NCBI GenBank assembly: GCA_964016885.1
Contig: OZ024742.1
Location: 65,162,001 to 65,226,000, forward strand
DNA length: 64,000 bases
Direction of reading: 5' to 3'
From: Eledone cirrhosa
Taxonomy: Eukaryota
The notes under the pieces were generated by a model. That model was not told the DNA's origin. It made no database searches and saw nothing but the letters and a program-made list of their open reading frames with translations. Position 1 is the first letter of the stretch; each line of letters starts with the position of its first letter. Positions 1 to 14,300 of the stretch are shown here, in pieces. A program made the translations under genes and the position numbers.

Positions 1-24
1 ATGCTGGTGGCAGCATTGAACAAC

Positions 25-200
25 AGAGTTTTGTTGGACAGATGAGTAACAATCGATGGATTGGCAAAAATATGCAAATTAGTCATGGTTCAGCCCATGA
101 AACTATCCAAATCAAATGAGTGACAATTGATGGAGTGGCAAATAATATGCTAATTAGTCACGGTTCTGCTTATGAAATTATCCAGAACAGATTTGGCCAT
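25..200 (+). mobile_element. Decayed mariner transposase remnant, two tandem partial copies
   Basis: 121-197 translates TIDGVANNMLISHGSAYEIIQNRFG, resembling the mariner HTH region; 30-113 is a diverged duplicate of the same segment. Confidence 0.65.
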
Positions 201-526
201 GGTTAAAGCAATAACAATAACAGACACTTCAAGTTCAAACTTGCTTAGTAGCAATGTGAGGGAGGTTATGTCTAGCAAACCATGTAGAGTTAATTCTTCC
301 TGGTAATAGGGGACCAAAAGAAATTACAAGTGCATTGCAGACAATTAATGACTCACACTTGAATGTGTGTGTGTGCGTGCATGCGTGTGTGTGTAATTGA
401 AAAAAGAGAAGAGGAAAGTTAGAGAAAGAGAAAAAGGAGGATGGAAAGTAAATGTAGGTAGGTATATAGTTCACATGTTTCAGTATGGTATCTCTCTCTC
501 TACATATATATGCAGCTAATGTATGT

Positions 527-562
<36 letters not shown>

Positions 563-661
563 CCACACACACACATACATTAGCTGCATATATATATATA
601 TATATATATATATCCAGGCCGAAACAAATGAGATCGTGTAGGTGTCACGACAAAAAAAACA

Positions 662-882
662 CACAGTCCACGCTGTAATGTGGCCGTGTAGGCAACACGG
701 TAAAAACCTCCCAGACCCACACTGTAAATGTGGTTGGTGTTAGGAAGGGCATCCAACTGTAGAAAACCTGCCAGACAGTCCTATGCGAGCAAGACAATCA
801 CTCTTGCCTCAAGTGGGACTACCCCCGTCCAAACCCATGCAAGCGTGGAACACGGACGTTAAACGTTGATGAGGATGATGAT

Positions 883-884
<2 letters not shown>
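662..884 (+). mobile_element. 5'-truncated SINE-like element with RTE-type tail
   Basis: GTTGGTGTTAGGAAGGGCATCC core and AAACCCATGCAAGCGTGGAA..GGACGTTAAACG(ATG)n tail; near-identical relative at 56855-57081. Confidence 0.7.
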
Positions 885-930
<46 letters not shown>

Positions 931-1530
931 AATATATCATCATCAGCAGCAGCATCGTTTTTTACAGATGCTTTTTCCATGCTTGCATGGGTTGGACATA
1001 TATATACACACACTCACACACACACACACACAAATGAATAAATGCTTTAATTAAATATATTAAGATGTGCTTTGTGAGGTGTGTGTAGGTGTGTATACAA
1101 GAGTCTGCATATGTGTATGTGTGTGTGTATGCATCTGAATGTGGTTGCGATGGGTTGGGTCTGTCTGTGTGCACGAATAAATACAATACATTGGCCAACA
1201 GTCATTTCTTCAATACCATCACCACTGCCACCACCACCACCACCACTGCTGCCACCACCCTCACCAACACTGCCACAAACAACGTTTTAGTGTGTCAAGT
1301 TTTTCAAGTTAAAGATACAATATGCTGTATAAATAAAGCAAGGAGGGGGAAAGAGACAGGGACATCTTGGGAAGAAAGAAAAATCTGAAATCACATGGTG
1401 TCACATAGTGGTAAAAGAGAGAAAGATAGCAAGGAGGAAAGAGTAGAAACGACGGGAGGGTGGGGGAAGTAATCTAAGAATGTAGGATTTGTGTGTATGT
1501 ATAGAAAACGAGAGACAAAGGAAGGATATA

Positions 1531-1570
<40 letters not shown>

Positions 1571-1737
1571 AAGAAAGGATATATATGTATAGAGAGAGAA
1601 AAAAAGAAAGGATATATATGTATAGAAAGAGAGAAAGAAAGGATATATATATGAGTACATATTCTTCTATGAAATATGTATCTAGTATATTTACAATATA
1701 CTGTGTTTTCTCTACATACATATATCTTTTTCATTTG

Positions 1738-1789
<52 letters not shown>

Positions 1790-2186
1790 AACAAACATAT
1801 ATATATATATATTGGGAGATAGAGAGAGAGAGTTAGTATTATGTTTTTCGGTGATTTGTTTGGCATCAAAGTTGAAAGGAACCCAAAAGTTTAACATGCT
1901 CTGTCTTATCACCCTACCAGCACAACCATTCTCCTTATTCCCAACACTCTTTACCACCCACCCACCATAACTGATACCAACATTATTCTGATGGAAGACC
2001 AGAGACTAATTAACTCTCAATTATTTCATTACCTGAGCAGGTACTGAGCATTTATTTGCAACTTAGGGAAGATTCTTGAAAAAGGATTTCTTGGATGGGC
2101 TGAGAAGTAACAAGTCAAATACTGGAGCCAACATAATCATTGGTTTCTCCTGGTGCCTATGCTATTATTAAAGGGTTTAAAGTGAC

Positions 2187-2283
2187 TGATAGAGTTTGTT
2201 GCACTTTTGCTAGCTTGATTGGCATTGTAAGCCACCACATAGGTGGCAACCTGTCTCATTTATAATCCCTGTGTTCCTAGAAG
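2187..2283. repeat. ~95-bp dispersed repeat, second copy at ~3474-3570
   Basis: AGAGTTTGTTGCACTTTTGCT...GCCACCACATAGGTGGCAAC...CCCTGTGTTCCTAG occurs twice. Confidence 0.7.
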
Positions 2284-2869
2284 CAGAAACAGTAAGAATT
2301 GAAAGTATTTAACCCTTTTGATATCAACCAGCCCAAAAGTGCCTTTGTCCTATGGAACACAAAACCATCCATTTTAAAAGGTTCTTATGTAAATAAAAAT
2401 AGAACGTTGGATAGAATGATTTGTATTTGTCCCAGCTCTCGGTGTCCAAATCCTGCTGAGGATAACTTTCATCTTTTCATGGTCAATAAAAAAACACCAG
2501 CCCTGTACTGGAGTTGATTCTTCCTCCATATCCTTTTCTAAATTCCCCCTTCCCTCTCTCTCTGGAAGAAATCAGCTGTGTTGAAATCTGGAGAGAGAAA
2601 AGCTCTGCCAGGTTTAAAATGCCCCAAATATCATGACAGTATCCCTATAACGTTCATGGGTAGAAGGAAGTAAATTCAAATCTCCCATCATAATTTCATA
2701 TAAGAACCACATGTTATGTTGCTGATACCATCTTAATAATGAAATGGTTCTTCATTAATCAATTCAAATAATGCAATTTATAATAAATATGGTTATGAAA
2801 GGTTTAGTTATGGCCCAGTATGGTCTTAGTTAAATTTCCAAAGGAATTGATTTTTGTTTTTCATCCTAT

Positions 2870-3260
2870 GGAGGCACATGGCTTAGTGGTTAGAGCATTG
2901 GCCTTGCAATCGAAAAGTTGTGAGTTCAATTCTCAGACCGGGTTATGTGTTGTTTCCTTGAGCAAGACACTTTATTTCACATTGCTCCAGTTTACTCAGC
3001 TGTAGAAATGAGATGATAGGGACTGGGGTCCCTATCATTCCACTGCAAAGTGGTCGTGGAGGTGCCACGGCAAAAAAGCACCCAGCCCACACTGCAAAGT
3101 GGACGTGTAGGCGCCACGGAAAAAAAGCACCCAGCACTCACTGTAAATGAGGTTGGTGTTAGGAAGGGCATCCGGCTGTAGAAATCAAGCCAGAATCAGT
3201 TCCTGTCCCACCCTTGCAAGCAGGGAAAAGCAGACGTAAAATGATGATGATGATGATGAT
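2870..3260 (+). mobile_element. tRNA-derived SINE (family A), full length, CORE-like body, RTE LINE tail
   Basis: Box A TGGCTTAGTGG, box B GAGTTCAATTC, CCTTGAGCAAGACACTTTA core, tail CCCACCCTTGCAAGCAGGGAAAAGC.GACGTAAAA(TGA)n; multiple copies in window. Confidence 0.9.
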
Positions 3261-4970
3261 ATAAGCACCAAAATAAGTACCAATCAAATACTAACTGGAG
3301 TTGACCTAATTGACTGAACCCTCCCTCAATGTAATCTAGTGTTCCATTTTTCCCTTGCCCCTAGTGGTATCCAGGAGGGAAGAAAAGAAGCTAAAAGGCA
3401 AGGACAGGAAGTAGAAGAGGTGATTAAAGAATTTGACATATGTAAGAGGTCTGAATAAGAAGTGATTGGTATAAGAGTTTGTTGCACTTTTGCTGGCTTG
3501 ATTTATTGCATTACAAGCCACCACATAGGTGGCAACTTGTCTCATTTATAATCCCTGTGTTCCTAGGAGCTTCAAAGTAACCAGTCTAGGAAGTAGAGCA
3601 CCATAAAAAACCCAATACTATACAAAAAGTGTTATGCTCTAATCACACATAAGGGAAAAAAAGGGGCATGGACTCTGCAAGCTACAGTGAGGTCAAACAA
3701 TCTAGGAAAAGAGTAACTTTCAGTGAAAACTTCTACAGAGTAAAGGAGATGACATAGTTCTGGTACACAACCACTCCAGTGCTGGTGACACAATAAAATG
3801 TACCCAGTCAATGCTGTAAAGTGAATAGTGATAGGGAGAGCATCCATGCCAAAAAAAAAGAAGAAAAAAAAAAAAGAAATGGAGGTGTACACTCAACAAG
3901 CTGCAGTGAAGTCCAAGTCTTAGAGAGCTTCAACTTTGAATAGAACCTGAATCAGGGTAGAGGGGGTACTTTAGTCTTAGCATACAACCTCTATAGTGCT
4001 GGTGGCAAGATAACATGTACACAATCCATACTGTAAAGTGGTTGACAATAATAGTGATCCAGTTGTAAACCATTAAACACATAACATATACAACAAAGAT
4101 TGGCAGTTTTCCCTGTTGCTGTCAGAATCAGATGATGAAGAACAGTGACATGTGGCAAGGCACAGTACATCACCAACCAATGCCACCATTCTTAAATGGC
4201 TGTAATAATTGGTATATAGAATTAATTCTGTAAAGTATGACCAAAACAAACATTTTTTGTTTGTGTGTGTGTGCGCGTGCATGCTGTTACATGGATGTAT
4301 GTATATGTGTGTCTGTGCATGTATCTATGACTACGTTAATATCACATCAGCAGTAACTTCATTCACAACTTTCACTACCGACCTACGCCCATAATAAAAA
4401 CCTTCCTCATCACAGCTAGACTGATCTGATGTCAGAGACTATTTTAGGTCATTAAAGATAGAAATTCGAGGCTGTGTTGTGATAATAAAGGAGATTTTGG
4501 CTTTAAATACACTAATTTGGCATTTAGGAAGCAGATAATAAAATCACTTTGGCATAAACCAGTTGTTTTTAACTTTTATACAAACACACGCACACACACA
4601 GATGCATTGTCAGACATATGTATGTAGCGCACTGACAAAGACACACAAACATACATGGAAGAAGGGGCATACAAATACACACATAAATAATGCTATCATT
4701 TATGTTAAACGCTCTCAAAAGACAAATTAATCCACAGTATTAGCTAAGACAGTCTTTTGATGTATTCAAACATAATTTCTGACAAACTGCTGTTAATAAT
4801 CCACCTCCCCACGGGCTCTATTAACTCACTTCTAGTTAAGCCCTTTTTTCTGTGGGGGTGAGGTGGCCCAGAACAGTTATTTCTGCCAAAAGATGGAGTC
4901 GCTAACAACTGATGAGAAATGAGAGAGAAAGAGATTTGTACATATGAATTATTTGTGGAGTTTTGTAGCG

Positions 4971-5198
4971 TTAACCCTTTAGCATTTATATTACTCTATA
5001 TATACTATTATATGTTCAAGGTAAAGGCTTTACCTTACATAATTATCTCACACAATATCAATCTATGAAATTTTGATATTATTTATTTTGAGAACAATAC
5101 CTTAACATCAGTATGAGTGGCTGGTTACAGCTGGTTTGAACAGAAAGAGGTGAGAGAATTCTGGCCAGATATGACCAGTTTAAATGCTAATGGGTTAA
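4971..5198. mobile_element. piggyBac-type MITE
   Basis: TTAA-CCCTTTAGCATT...AATGCTAATGGG-TTAA termini; homologous inverted copy at 8852-9044. Confidence 0.8.
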
Positions 5199-5329
5199 AT
5201 GAACAAGGAAGTAAAAATCACCACTACCATCACCACAGACATTATCAACATATTAATGTCTATTCTTCCAGGCTGTCACTAATTGGACAGATGTGCATTG
5301 CAACATTCACCATCAATTTATGTCCATTT

Positions 5330-5940
5330 TCCATGAAGTTATCACAATTCGAAGAACCATGTCTTGCTCATATATTCTGTATTATACCAAGGTATAATAT
5401 ACCAGATAGCAATCATGTTACAGAGTGTACAGAGTGCACTTTATCAAGGTTGCAGTTATTCTTGACTAGGATCTTCTCTTGTAGTTGTCTCACTAAAATG
5501 AGGGCATCTGTAGTTCTTTTCCCAGGCATAAAACAAAACTACATCTCGTCTATTTGACTCTTTTCTTAATTAGCTGTGTTAAGAAATCTTTCCATCGCTT
5601 TCATAATTTGGTCCATTAGTTTTATTCCTCTGTAGTTGCTCTTCTCTCTATAGCATCACCTTTTCTCTTGTAGCAATTTACAATTGTACTGCTGCATCAG
5701 TCATTGGATGTGACTCCATCCTGTATTACCTGATTGACTTACTACTTGAGTTCCTACTTCTCCAGATGCTTTTCTATCTCTGATGGTTCTGCAGCTTTAC
5801 CATTCTTTATCTCCTTGATTGCTTCTTTGACCCTATAACTGTTGATTTCAATAGCTGGTACCTCTGCTGAATAAGTTGAGGGTAGTTTCTCTTCCTCCCA
5901 TTTATCAACCCCTCATAGTAACATTTCCAGGCCTCTTTGA
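5330..5940 (-). mobile_element. Decayed RTE-like LINE reverse transcriptase fragment
   Basis: Minus strand near 5760-5840 reads VKEAIKEIKNGKAAEPSEI, matching the pre-RT K.GKAAGPxGI motif; many stops and frameshifts. Confidence 0.6.
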
Positions 5941-8355
5941 GTATCAGTGGTGTTAGGTGCACACACAAATAAAATTACTAAAGCTGGCTCCAATAGACTA
6001 GAGTTACTTCCTCAAGGCCAGGAAATACTTTTGTCATGATCAATTGTTGACACTACAATGTCTGATTCGCATTACAGTACTGTTCACAGATGCAGGACAG
6101 TGCTATTGTTACACACACTAGGCCACATCCCTAAGAGCAGGGTTTTCCTTTAAACCTTTTGATACCAACCTGTCTAAAACTGCCTCTCATTCTATGAAAC
6201 CAAACCATTCATCTATTTTAAAGGGTTCCTACTTCAATTAATATCTTCAAACAATTTGATATAAGAACCTTTTGTTACAAATAACATCTTAACAATTAAT
6301 TAATGATTTTAGTAAATCTCTCCAAATTCTTCAATTAATTCCAATATAATGTTGTCATTACTGTTGCTACCACTGTATGTCTGCTTTCCATGCTGACATT
6401 GGATGGGTTGTCACAGTTTGAGACCAAATTAGTTGTATTGACCGACCTTGCTCAAACATTCCATATTTGGCATGTTTTCTATAGCTAGATGTTCAGGGTA
6501 TATTGGGTACATTTTTTCATGTCACCAACTTACATAGTGAAAGGATTATGAGACATACAATTTGAGGTCTGTTTAAGTCTTTAATCATTTGCTACACACA
6601 ATTAAGAGAAAACCACCAATAAAAGTTGTTGAGTATGACATTTTTTTGTATATATATATATATATCATCATCATTTTACGTCCGCTACGTATATATATGT
6701 GTGTGTATATATATATACACACACACACATACACTCACAATTATGTGTATGTGTGTCATAAGAATAAATGTCTGCATGTGCATAGCACCATATGTTATAT
6801 CCAGTTATCAGTGGAAAAAATAAAACATGACCTCCCCTGTTTACTACACCACCACTACTGCCATCATATCACATTACTCCACTCCTCAATAAAGAGAGAG
6901 AGATAAAAACAGAGTACGGTGACAGAAAAAACTGTTACCAATCACCCATAAGAAGTGATGGAGATAGCATCTGCAGCAACAAGATAACTAGTGCAAGGAT
7001 GGTGGTGACAAACAATGTATCAGTAATCACTACACATTAAAAACATCTTAACCCTGCCCGTCAACTTAGTCATACATGCAACAAGAACCCTCAAGGTTGC
7101 TATAAATGCTAAACCATACCATCACAGAGGATCACTCCTAGCAAAGGTGCAGTATCATAATAGCAAAGACTGCATTACACAAAACTGGTTTTCTTCCAGG
7201 CCAGAAAATCCTTTATTTATCCTGAGTTGTGATCCACAATGGAGTATTGCTCCCACATTTGAGACAGCTAGACTGCATCCAAAAAAAGCCACTCAGCTGA
7301 TTGACATGAAGTCACTCACAAATGCACACATACACACACACTCTCCAAAATAGCCTCTACTTTACACAGCTGGCTGGTCTTGTGTCACTTCCATTGAAGC
7401 ACTCTTGATCTACTTGTCTCTCCTAATCTTGTAACTCATATTGCATCCACCTCATCCCTACCAAGCACTATACTAATCTCTATGTCTAGTCCTTCCTCTC
7501 CAGAATACCAAACTTTTGGAATTTCTTTCTTTGCAGCTGTTCAAGAGAAACTGTACTTGTGAAGGCCATAGGCACAACCCCTTCCTCCAACAGAGAAAAA
7601 AAAACCCCAAAACTTACAGCTCACATCTATGTATGTTTAGCTGGCATCCTACTAAGTTGTAATCTCATAGGAAGTTTCTCAGGTATTTCAATGAGAGAGG
7701 CCCAGTCCTATCATAAAATACTCTGATCCAGCACACATGTAACATGGTCCAGGAATCGAATTCACAACCTTAGGATCATGAGTACAACACCCTAATCACT
7801 CGAGAGGGGAAGAAAGGAGAGAGAGAGAGAGAAGAGAGAGGGAGAGAAAATATAAGAGAGAAGAAAATTCACAGAAGCCTTTAGACAGTAATCAGAGGAT
7901 TCTACAAACACAGTATTTACTATGCATGACATATAACTCACTAGCTGAGTTCACCAACCAAATTGAGAGGAGTGGGATGTTAACCCATGCTAGACTGGCA
8001 CCCTACCCAGTGGGAGAAATGTTTCATCTGCTTCCTTGTTTAGAGGAGGAGGTACAGTACAGTTGATTCTACAGAGCCTCACAATTCACCTAACTACCAG
8101 TAGGACATGCCAGATTATACAGGAAATCCAGCATATGATGTTGTCTTCCCATCAACTTCATTATGTTCTACAAAGATTCAGTTCATTCACCTAGTTCTAG
8201 AGAAAGAATAGGTACCATGTAGTTGTGAAATCAACTCCTTAACTATGATACATAGCCATGCATGTGTCTATATATGAAAAAACACATTTTAAGACAGAAA
8301 ATAAACAAATAAGACAACAAATACAGAACAAAATATGGTTCCTTAGTGAACCTAC

Positions 8356-8454
8356 CAGAATAAAAACATTGTAACAATGAAGAACGTTGCGTAAACAGGT
8401 GGTACAACCATCTTGTTCGTCAGACTGTCGGATCCGAGTTTTGCTATCATCCAT
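8356..8454 (-). CDS. Probable first coding exon of a tetraspanin-family gene (exon 8356-8493, ATG at 8454)
   Basis: Polypyrimidine tract and acceptor TTCTTTCTCTGTTTCTTTTCAG, 138-nt exon, donor CTG|GTAGGT in phase 0. Encodes MDDSKTRIRQSDEQDGCTTCLRNVLHCYNVFIL, matching the tetraspanin N-terminal GC..CLK.LL..YN..F pattern that leads into TM1. No further exons recognised in the window. Confidence 0.7.
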
Positions 8455-8851
8455 GTGATTCTCTTCAACAGTTGACGCTTGCTTCTTGAGGGACTGAAAA
8501 GAAACAGAGAAAGAATATAAATAAGGGTAAAGAACATAAAGGGATTTTATTTACAAATAGACTTGTGTGTGGTTCTTGTTATTTAGCCCTAGTTTGGCTC
8601 TGATCAAGCAGATCTATGATCAAAGTTGTTCCAGCTATGATCATTCAGTCCCATCCCCAAGATATTGTATATTAGACTCCATTATGTTATGTAACCTTTC
8701 CTTTTGAAGATGGGAGGGTGTATTTTAAGGAAAATGTTACTGTTGTTTCAAGTAGGTGAAATGACCATGCGGAAGCTCCCACTTTGGTTAGTGTAAATTC
8801 CAATGAATGTGTGGTTGTATAATGGGTACTGGGATCGATGTGATGTGTTGC

Positions 8852-9044
8852 TTAACCCTTTAGCATTTACACCGGCCGTATCTGGCCAGAATTCTCTCAC
8901 CTTTTTCTGTTCAAACAGGCTATAACTGGACACTCATACTGATGTTAAGGTATTGTTCTTAAAATAAATGATATCAAAATCTCATAGATTCGATATTATG
9001 TGAGGTAAAGCTTTTACCATGAAAATATAATGCTAAAGGGTTAA
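8852..9044. mobile_element. piggyBac-type MITE (inverted copy of 4971-5198)
   Basis: TTAA-CCCTTTAGCATT...AATGCTAAAGGG-TTAA. Confidence 0.8.
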
Positions 9045-9358
9045 CACCATGATGGCCTCAATTGAACAGTCTGATGACCAAATGTTTTCTAGCTATGGTC
9101 ACCCACCAATCCCTTTTCATTCTCACTCCCCATGTATCTAATACTACACTACCTCATGAAGCATTAGACTTTTTATAAGATGGTAGGGTGTGATTTAACA
9201 ATTTCATTGCCATATTTATAATGACATGTATTGCACACGACTTCTAAATAATTTTGAATTTGAAGGGATTTTGTAATATAACTCCTTCACTATGAAGCTG
9301 GTGGTAGGAGCATAACTAAACAATTATGATAGAAGACTTTTAGGTAATTATAAATAAC

Positions 9359-9593
9359 TTAACCTTTTCTTTACTGTATTTCTGGTGAAAAAATATTGCT
9401 TATATTTTTCAAATCCTTTTGAAAATATTCAAGAATTTGGAAGGATTTAGTAATAACTTTATTAAGCTGGTGTTTGAAACATAGCACAACAAATTATGTC
9501 AGATGTTTAGATAAAAGAAGAACCATTAAAATAAACAAATTTGCATTCAAGAACCAGGAGCAATTACAGTCAGATTGATATCAAAAGGGTTAA
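9359..9593. mobile_element. Second TTAA-flanked MITE family
   Basis: TTAACCTTTT...GATATCAAAAGGGTTAA; related ends at ~2309, ~6150, ~19349 and ~58460. Confidence 0.55.
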
Positions 9594-10659
9594 AATATAC
9601 AGCTTTGGTATCATAGAGGTTCCCATTTGTGTATGAATGTATGTTTGTATAATATAAATGGTTGTTGCAGACATCTGAGAGTGAAAATGACTAAACTAAA
9701 GAAGTTAGAGAAGAAGTTAAGTGTTTTTTACAGTCTCTGTCAACATTACAACGTCTGAAAGACTTGAATAAGAGACAGGAAAGTCAACTTTAAAATCTTT
9801 ATTGGGTTACAATGCCTTCTACCACTTTAACATAACACTCCAATTACATAAAGTCAACAATGATTTTCTATAATATATTATGGTATATATATATATATAT
9901 ATATAAACACACATATATACTACACAAAATATATTATATATGTATATATATATATACACATACACACATACATGCTAGAGAAAATATTATATAAATACAT
10001 AAATGTACATTGCTACACAATGTGTGCGTGCATGTGCGTTGGGTTCAATTGTGGGTGACCACAGTTAGTAAGGTGTTCAATGCATTTCTTTTGAATGAAA
10101 CAGTTCTAGTCTTGTAGAAGCCATTTCTATAATAAACATGATGTATATGTATATATAACAAAAGAGTACCTAGTCCCTCGTGTAAGGAGGTCGTGCTGGT
10201 GACATGACAAATAAGCACCCAGTCCAACCTATAAAGTGGTTGTGACAACAAAAAGTGCTCAGCTCACACTGTGAAGTGATCGTTTTGATCCTACGAGAAA
10301 AGGCACCCAATCCACACTAAATGTTGTTGGTGTTAGAAAGGGAATCTAGTCGTAGAAACTAAGTCAGAAAGAGTTCTGTATGAGCAAGATATGGTCATCT
10401 GATCTGACTTGTCTCAAAACAAGACAACTCATCTAACTTATGCTAACATGGAAAAATGGTCAGAAATGCACATATGCTCCACAAAATATATTATATATAT
10501 ATAGGTTATTTTCAAAATTAATTGAAACTGCATTTCTAAGATTTAGAGATATCTTGAAGAAATCTTAGAATTAATATGTGATAGAAATACAGTGAGTAGC
10601 AAACATTAAATTGGCATCTTGGTATGTATGTATATGTGTGATGTCTGAACGAGTATCCC

Positions 10660-11075
10660 CCACCTTCAACTATCTTACCCTCCACCTCTTGGTTCTGGCC
10701 GACACGCTGGAATAGTCCCTCCTCCTCACAGACAGCCAACTCCACTCTGATAGCAATGAGCAGAGATGTGGTCTGGGAACCAAGAATATTGGAAGTCTCC
10801 ACTGCTACAGGCCCTGCCACAAACCTATTAGAGAATGGCCAATACTTGAACAGTTTTCCCTCTTCGACTTGGCGGACAGCGAAGCCTGGGCTGGTAGTCA
10901 AATGCACCAGGTCGCCACTAGAGAAGGTGTCACAACATCTAGCAACCCAGATGATGGGCCTACCCCTGTGGAATGGGAAGATTGTCATGTTGTCTTGCCT
11001 TTTGCTGCCTCCATGGTCCAGCCCTGCTGGCTCGAGTTTTGGAGGGAAGCTTGCGCTGTCCAGGCCATGTTTTAT
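10660..11075 (-). mobile_element. CRE-like non-LTR retrotransposon 3' fragment (restriction-like endonuclease)
   Basis: GLDHGGSKRQDNMTIFPFHRGRPIIWVARCCDTF...EEGKLFKY...PVAVETSNILG, a decayed RPDG..PW..G...WD.T..DT..E..K..KY..P.AVET.G RLE motif. Confidence 0.75.
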
Positions 11076-11291
11076 GATCTTGTTATATATAAATATCACA
11101 CAAAAATGTAAAGATACTTTCAATCAACTTCTATACACATAAACCCACATGTATTGCATGTCTAGACAGCTGGAATAATAAACATCTGGAATGTCTATCT
11201 CTTACAATCACACACAATATGCATATACCTATATACGCACATGGCTTGTCTGTTGTCTGTCTCACTCTAATATATATTCCATATAAGCAAA

Positions 11292-11322
<31 letters not shown>

Positions 11323-14300
11323 CATACATATTCACACATATATAAAGAAATACATATAAAAGTTCTTGAAGAATGTAAGAACTATCAAAGCTAAGAAACA
11401 GAAGTTTCAAGATTAATTTGTTAAAAGTGGAATAACCTTGAAATAGTTTTGGTAATTATAAGGGAAAAAAAAAAAAGGAAAAAGTGCTTCCAATACAGAT
11501 ACCAGACCACAAATTGGGAAGGGGGAGCGTAGTCGATTGAATTGACCTAATTATATAACTGGTACTTATTTTATTGACAACAGAAAGGAAAATAGATGTT
11601 ATGATCAGGAAACAGTAAGTATAACGTTTACCCAGCCTCAAGGGGCTACTAAACAGATGCGACAGATTAGCTCTGATTTTGGCATCAAACATGATACATA
11701 AATATACAGGTGAAATTCCGTTATATGGAATACCATTATAACGAATTGATGATCAGTATATTTACTTCTACATATACTATGGACTAAGGGGAAGGGGAGA
11801 CAATGCATAGAAGTAGAATTAAGTTAAAGGACAAGGGTTAATACTGGATAAAAATATGTGAGAACCATAAGATTGAGTGGTTTATCTAAGAAAATAACAA
11901 GAACTACAGCTACAATATCAACAATAACAAAGCCTAAAGATGCCAGAAGAATCACTGAACATAACTGGGAAAAGAAATTATAAAGGAGGAAGTAACAGAT
12001 TAAGAGATGATGAAGACATAACAAATATTATTTCTCACCACTGAACCATATTTAGTACTGACTTTATACTAATGTTGTAGAACAGATTGTTGTTGTTGTG
12101 GTAGTGTTGGTGTAGCTCCATCCAACAGAACGATAATCAAAGGTGTTGTGACAATAACCAGCCAGGGTGTTTCTAAGTTTTAAATGATAGTGTCTGATTT
12201 GAGGAAGATTTGGCTACTATTTCTACCAGGTTGACAATGTAGAGGCTTACTGCCAGGCATGATATTGGAATTGTTTAGCCACAGGTCAGTTCTGATCCAG
12301 CAGACCTACGATCAATAGTATTCTATCAGTAACCATATTTCTGTTTTATGATAAATATATCTAGGACTACACAACCCAATGTGTTTTTCCCCTTTTAAGG
12401 CATCAGGTTGTGATTTGCGGTCAACTATCTGTGTAGAGATTTCTTTAGTGGTTCTCATAAACTTTATGATTAGCAGAGGGGAGATAACTGGAGTCAGTGA
12501 GGTTAAAAATCTCCTGCAAATCAAAGTCTATTTATTGTCTTAAAAGAAAGAAGGGAAACATTCAATAATGTAGTCCCAGGTATACTATGACTGAATAAGA
12601 TAAGGTCATGACTTTAATCCTAGTTGTGGCTAAAGAGTGACTTGGGACTCTGAACTAACAAGAGACCCTCTAGGTCAGGCATGGGTAATCTGGGTTATTC
12701 AGGTCACATTGACACCTATAATATGATTATACAAACAACTTTTTATTAAAGTTTTGTAGCATAAACTTTAGGTCTGTGTTAATTTAAACAATTTCCTCCC
12801 TTCGCTCTCTCTTACTCAATCAAGCGCTTTTAATTATTTGCTTTGTAGAAATATATGGGGTTTCCTGTACTACATACAATATTTCACAAGACCTACTGCT
12901 AGATGGCAGCTCAATCAGTTAGAAATATAACAAACTCTTCCTAAAATCACACTTTAACATAATAAAAGGAAAGACATTTGATAATACAGTCCTACAGATA
13001 ATATGTCTGAATATATAATGGGATGCTCACCTTTGATTATAGGTTTATTAGATCTTTAACAAAATAAGGCCAGGTAAAAACAACAAAAGTGTTTTTTTTT
13101 AACATTAATGTAAAACGTTTTGGTTATATGTGGAGAAAAGAACAAATATAAAACAAAGGAACCCTCCATCCTCCATCACCTGTCAAAGGATATTCCCATA
13201 CTTTATACACCACATATGTACATAGTATGATATGTATTGTAGTGTGTGTATGTGTGAATTAATATAGTGGTCAAGACATGACATTTTCAGTCACCTTTAC
13301 CAAACGATTGCTTTAATTATCATTAGTAGTAGGAGCAGTATTTGTGTAAACCCTTGTGATTAACAAAGAAATCATTATTATTATTGGAGAGGGGCGAACA
13401 TAAGGTGACCCAAATCAATCTACACATAACTCTAGATTACCTTGACAGTCAAGGCAAATGCCACCTCCCAATTCTTACTACCATCCTACAGTCACTGTAA
13501 TAAACTTAGATAGCCTTGCCAATTTCATGACTTACCTAAACTTCATCAAATTTATAGAACACCACCACCAGATTCTTTATCAGCACCTTCCTTCTGAAGT
13601 GGTACATGAAGAAGTTAAGTGGTTAGTTTGTAAGGATAAACTTACTTCTGAAACCTCTCAATTGAATCCACTACACAACTTATTTTGCCATAGTCACTGT
13701 GTAAGAAAGAAGTCCCCACACTCGACTCTTCCTTGCCATAGGAAGGTGGTAGAACAATCTTCATGAGACACATGGCCAATAGCCAGATCCCTCCAACACA
13801 TGATAACAGCTGTCTAACATAAATTCAAATATCAGCAATACATGCAGCTTGAAGAGATTTGGTTGCTGGCACCTCCAACATAGCCATGCCTGTACTTTAT
13901 TCTAAACAGGGATACTTTACACCTGTAGCACTACAGGCCAAGCACTTTTGGATAATCCTCAACCTGAAAGTCCTCAAAAAGAGACTACTCAGATTGTTCT
14001 TGTTGATGACCAGAATCATTCTGAGGCTACAGTCACTCATATCCTCTGTTAACCCTCTATAAAATGTGGGTGTTGACTCCTCCCAACTGCCTTGTCCAAC
14101 TGGTGTATCATCCTCATTTAACATTTGTTTTCCCTGCGAGCAAGAGTTGGATGGGTATCATAAACTATGCAAGTCCTTAATCGGGGCTACTGACTTCTTT
14201 GATAGGCCAAGGGCATGTACCTCGCTTGTATACATTCCCACACTCTAATAAGTGCATTAATTGAATTATATCGTAGCATCAGCACTGGGGATATTGTCTT

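Noticed and set aside
235-1957. Many 60-130 aa ORFs (HTHT, YIYI, ERER)
   Set aside because: Translations of (CA)n, (TA)n and (GA)n microsatellites; no protein signal
2870-2945. tRNA gene candidates at SINE heads (also 19950-20025, 24510, 53384)
   Set aside because: They continue into SINE bodies and lack a proper acceptor stem
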